From the NCBI GenBank assembly GCA_010909165.1, contig VJWM01000223.1, positions 186,001 to 250,000 on the forward strand: 64,000 nt of DNA, given 5' to 3'. Position 1 is the first letter of the stretch. Each line of letters starts with the position of its first letter. This document shows, in pieces, positions 60,153 to 64,000 of the stretch. Origin of the DNA: Anthoceros angustus (taxonomy: Eukaryota > Plantae > Anthocerotophyta). Under the pieces are notes generated by a model. The model searched no databases. It saw only the letters and a program-made list of their open reading frames with translations, and was not told the DNA's origin. The translations under genes were made by a program, and so were the position numbers.

Positions 60153-63100
60153 AGAGGAGTCGCGCCCCGTTTGGCTTCGCACACGCGCCTCGCGCTTGGC
60201 TCTCCACAGCCACCCGACATGGCGCGCACCCGGAGCAACGGCGGCAACCTTCAACGATCTCGAGTCTTCTACCATGCCTCGGCGCCGAGCTCCAGCTACG
60301 CCCCGAGCAGAAATTCTCCAAGAAGGATCGCTATCACGCAGCCCCGCTGCCCAAGACTAGTGGCCGGGCGCACCTGCACCTGCTGCGTAGACACCTTCGT
60401 CAGCCAATCAAGTCCTCCACCCGAGTTAGAGGCCCATCAAGAATTCATAGTGGCGATCCTACCGCTTGAGCGACCTCTCCGGTGTTCCGTAATCCCTCGA
60501 CCTCCTCAGGATTACCTTAAGAGTCGATTAGTGCTAATCAAATCGTAGATGGAGGCACTTCTTGTCGCTATCTCCAACCTGCTTGTACACACAAACAACG
60601 AATCGGATGCACTACGGGTAGGCGAATGCCTCATTTCGACCCACTAGGTCAGCATACAACCAAGTTGCTTGCTAAGAAACTCACCGTCTTGCAGTACCCA
60701 TGGCTCAAATTATAAATACAACCAAGGTAGAGTTTAGAGATCGAGACCGCGAGGCGACTCGACATCGGCGGATGTGCATCAACTGCTGCGGAGGAGCATG
60801 ACCTCATGGGGATAGTCGATGCTGGCCGCCCAACCTTCCACCACATCCAATCCCCTACAACGATCGGGGTTGCAGCTTGGACCAAGAAGGACAAGCGTGC
60901 CCGTAGCATCCTGATTTCTTCCATTGACAAGAGTATGATGCACCACACAAGTGACCAAGCCACTTCCAATGCCATCTGGAGGACTTTCAAAGACATGTTT
61001 CAGGCCCAAAGCAGCATGTCCCTAATCAATGCAACAAGACAGTTTTATTCACTAAGAATGAAAGACTCGGATACGGTCGAACAACATGTGAATGTGTTCC
61101 GATCCCTCAGAGCAAAGCTAGCCTCAGGAGGCACCGTTATCTCCGAACATCAAGCCGCAGTGGCCCTTCTAACCTCTCTGCCACCTACATACAGGACATT
61201 TATTAGTCGCGAAATTGACGGTCGTCGGCACCCTTGCAGCGGCGGGCGGCAATCCACTTACACATTTACTGAGGTGGTTGCAGCTCTCCTTGAGGAGGAA
61301 TCCAGCAGATCCACGAGCCACAAGGTAGGTCCATCCAGCACTATTGCACTCTTCACATCAAGAGGACGCGGCGCCAGGAGAGGTGGCGGCCGCGGTAACT
61401 TTCAGGCACGAAGGCCCTCCACGCAGCCACCTTTCGGCAGCAACAAGCTATCCGTCCGCAGGACAAAGGCCCGTCTGGCGGTGCGCATTCACAGGCACTT
61501 GGCAGTGTAGAAAGAAGCTTGCTGGCGAACCTCGTCGCGAATCACCTCGCAAAGAATCACATTACACCAGCACGAAGTCAGCTTTCCCACCTTATGTCCT
61601 TGCTGTATGCTTAACACTCACAAGAACGGATGAAAATAGATGGTTCCTGGACTCTGGAGCAACTACGCATAATATCTGCAGCAGCAAAGAAGCTTTCGAA
61701 TCTTACCACGATTGACCTGCAAACCAGCATGTCCTCCTAGGAGACAGGCATGCGAGGCCTGGAAACGTCTCACTGCGGTGTCGAGCGAAAGCCTCCTCAT
61801 CACGGAGTGCACGTCCATGACAAAGAACCTTGATCGATCAAGCTAGCTCACGAACACCTAGTCATCACCTTTCGGGTAACCACCGCCTCATTCCGCAGTT
61901 GATGACCCATCTAAAACTATTCTTGCACATGGTCTCCCATACAATGATCTCTATCTCCTCAACATTCAATCAACTTCCCTGCTGGTAGAAGCTCAAAAGT
62001 CAGCCCCTAGGTCTCATCCGTCAGTTCCCTCCTCACAGCATCGGTGGCCACATGAGTGCACTATCGAATTCCTTATCCAACCTTATAATGTACAGAGACC
62101 CAATACCATCAAAGCTATCTTCAGATTTATACTGCGAAATCTGTTAATACACCAAACTGAACCAGCTACCATTCAATGATCCCTTACCTACGAGAGCCAA
62201 ATGCCTGCTTGAAGTCGTCCATTCAGACATCTGTGGCCCCATGAGCACATCCTCTTTCGGCGGTCACTTATATTTTCTTACTTTTCTAGATGAATGGAGC
62301 CGATATTGCCACATATACTTCCTTAAGCACAAGAATGAAGCCCTTCAGTGCTTCCAGGAGTTTGTTGCCATGGCAAAACGGCACACTAGACTTCCAGTCA
62401 GTACCCTCAGGCAAACAATCTTTGGAGTACATCGACCACTCTTCTCGTGTCTTGCATCTAAGGGCATCACCCGGCAGCTCATAGTACCATACACACCAGC
62501 ACAGAACCCTTTTGCAGAAAGACTAAACAGATCTTTGCTGGAGATATCTCGATCGTTGCTCGAGCTGGCAGGCCTCACACAAGGATATTGTGCTGAAGCC
62601 GTCTCAACAACCAACTATATCAAGAACAGACTGCCGACAAAGGAGCTTCCAAATGTCACACCCTATGAGCGTTGGACAGGAGAGAAGCCCCGCATATCTC
62701 ATCTTCGCATTTTCGACAGCCCAGCATTCGCCCACATTCCAGCTGACCTGCGCAAGAAATGGGACGACAAAAGTAAGAAGCTGCTGTTTATTGGTTACTC
62801 TGACCAATCTAAGGCCTATCGCCTGATTGATCCATCAACTCGTCAGGTAACCCTATCCCGTAGCGTTCATTTCCATGAAGCCACCTTGCTTAACATTTAT
62901 CTACAATCTGTTTCCAACTCCAGGGAAAGGCCACTGAGAACACACAGAACTCGAATAGCTGGAGTCGCAGCACGGCCAGCAGCTTAGAGCGCAACACCAT
63001 CATCACCCTTCGGAAGATGTTGCGTCACTGCTATCTTGAATTGCTCCAAGCTGACCGAGTCGTTCTCAGACTGTGAAGCTTTTCGCCCGTGTTTCATGAG

Positions 63101-63285
63101 AGAAGAGCTCTCCTTCAGCTTTATGCGCTTGGGTACTTCAGCTTCTGCCAACTGTGTCACTCTGTCACCAATGGCATCGATGACGAGCGAAAAAGCCGAT
63201 CGCCGGCGAATACTCGGCACACGAGCGGGCGTAGGAGATCGAAGCCATCTTCGACATCACTCTCAGTTGTTGCACCCAGTTTGCA

Positions 63286-63296
63286 GCGAGGGGGAG
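63286..63296 (+). promoter_or_regulatory. Polypurine tract
   Basis: gcgagggggag immediately precedes the 3' LTR. Confidence 0.9.
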
Positions 63297-63531
63297 TGTT
63301 ATGACCTTGTACACCGACTGCACTGGGAGCGTAGTTTAGGGCACGGTTCACATGTGTAGGTTTTTAATCACAACTCGAACGTGGTAGATGGCAATTACTG
63401 CACTTAACCTCAGCGGTTATTGGACCAGTTAGTTATGATGAGAGCAGTTATAACTGCAATCAGTACATGTATAAATATGCCCCTTTCATCAATGAAAATC
63501 ATCCTTTCCTCAAGACTTGTGCCCCACTTTA
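63297..63531 (+). repeat. 3' LTR (TG...TA)
   Basis: Ends in ccccacttta, followed by the CTGAG TSD. Confidence 0.97.
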
Positions 63532-64000
63532 CTGAGAATACGGAAATACGTGTAGCTTTCGTGAACTAGTTTGTCACGAGCTCTCTGATGCAACTCATCA
63601 TAATGTAACCAGGATTCTCCCAAATACATCGAGCTCTCTGATATTCGTGAGCTTCGAAAATGGAATCAAGTTCATGAGGTGAGACACTCTGAAAGCCACT
63701 TCGTCTATGAATAGTACCTTATTATCGTCCTTTGAGCTCCCACATTATATAAGCACAAGCACATCAAATGAGGCCAAGCACATCAAATAAGGGCTCCGCG
63801 AGAGGTAGGTAGAAAGCCCGAGTCTCCATTCTAAGATAGCCAATCCCGAATATAGCCTAGAAGAACTCAAAACGTGCACCAATAGATATCCAGACCGAAA
63901 AAGGTAGAAACCATTGGAAAATACAATCTGCCTTAGAAATCTGAAAGGAGCAAAACCGTTCGTAACTAATATCCCAGTTGCCACGACTCGAAAATCCTGG

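Larger units (their letters stand above)
59906..63531 (+). mobile_element. Ty1/copia LTR element, non-autonomous (gag-PR-INT present, RT/RNase H absent)
   Basis: 235-bp LTRs, CTGAG TSD (59901-59905 and 63532-63536), PBS tggtatcagagc, PPT gcgagggggag, gag (GIVD...FYSLRMK), WFLDSGATTH, integrase HSDICGP / DEWSRY / PAQNPFAERLNR / WDDKSKKLLFIGYS. Confidence 0.96.

Overview
Eukaryotic nuclear DNA from a land plant with a compact genome. Introns are mostly 70-110 bp, GC-rich genic islands alternate with AT-rich TE-rich spacers, and a PLS-type PPR fragment and telo-boxes are present. A seed-free plant such as a hornwort or lycophyte is plausible but is only an inference. Eight multi-exon genes are supported: SHPRH (+), SPRTN/Spartan (-), threonine dehydratase (+), an orphan coiled-coil gene (-), mitochondrial citrate synthase (+), a conserved uncharacterised coiled-coil gene (+), fumarylacetoacetase (+) and SF3B2/SAP145 (-). 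Mobile DNA includes a decayed Ty1/copia with a triplicated protease region, a 3.6-kb copia element with TG...TA LTRs, a CTGAG target-site duplication and no RT/RNase H, three fragments of a CRE-like restriction-endonuclease non-LTR retrotransposon, a dispersed (CTT)n-tailed SINE-like family, foldback-like repeats and many local tandem duplications. The most interesting locus is the tail-to-tail SHPRH/SPRTN pair. Both genes belong to the PCNA-ubiquitin pathway, and a diverged copy of the SHPRH 3' end sits about 135 bp past the SPRTN stop codon. Five single-base homopolymer deletions in otherwise intact genes, plus deletion-riddled tandem copies, suggest long-read consensus errors, so frameshifts and large duplications need read-level checks. 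No CRISPR, rRNA or tRNA genes were seen. Gene coordinates span first to last coding base, including introns.
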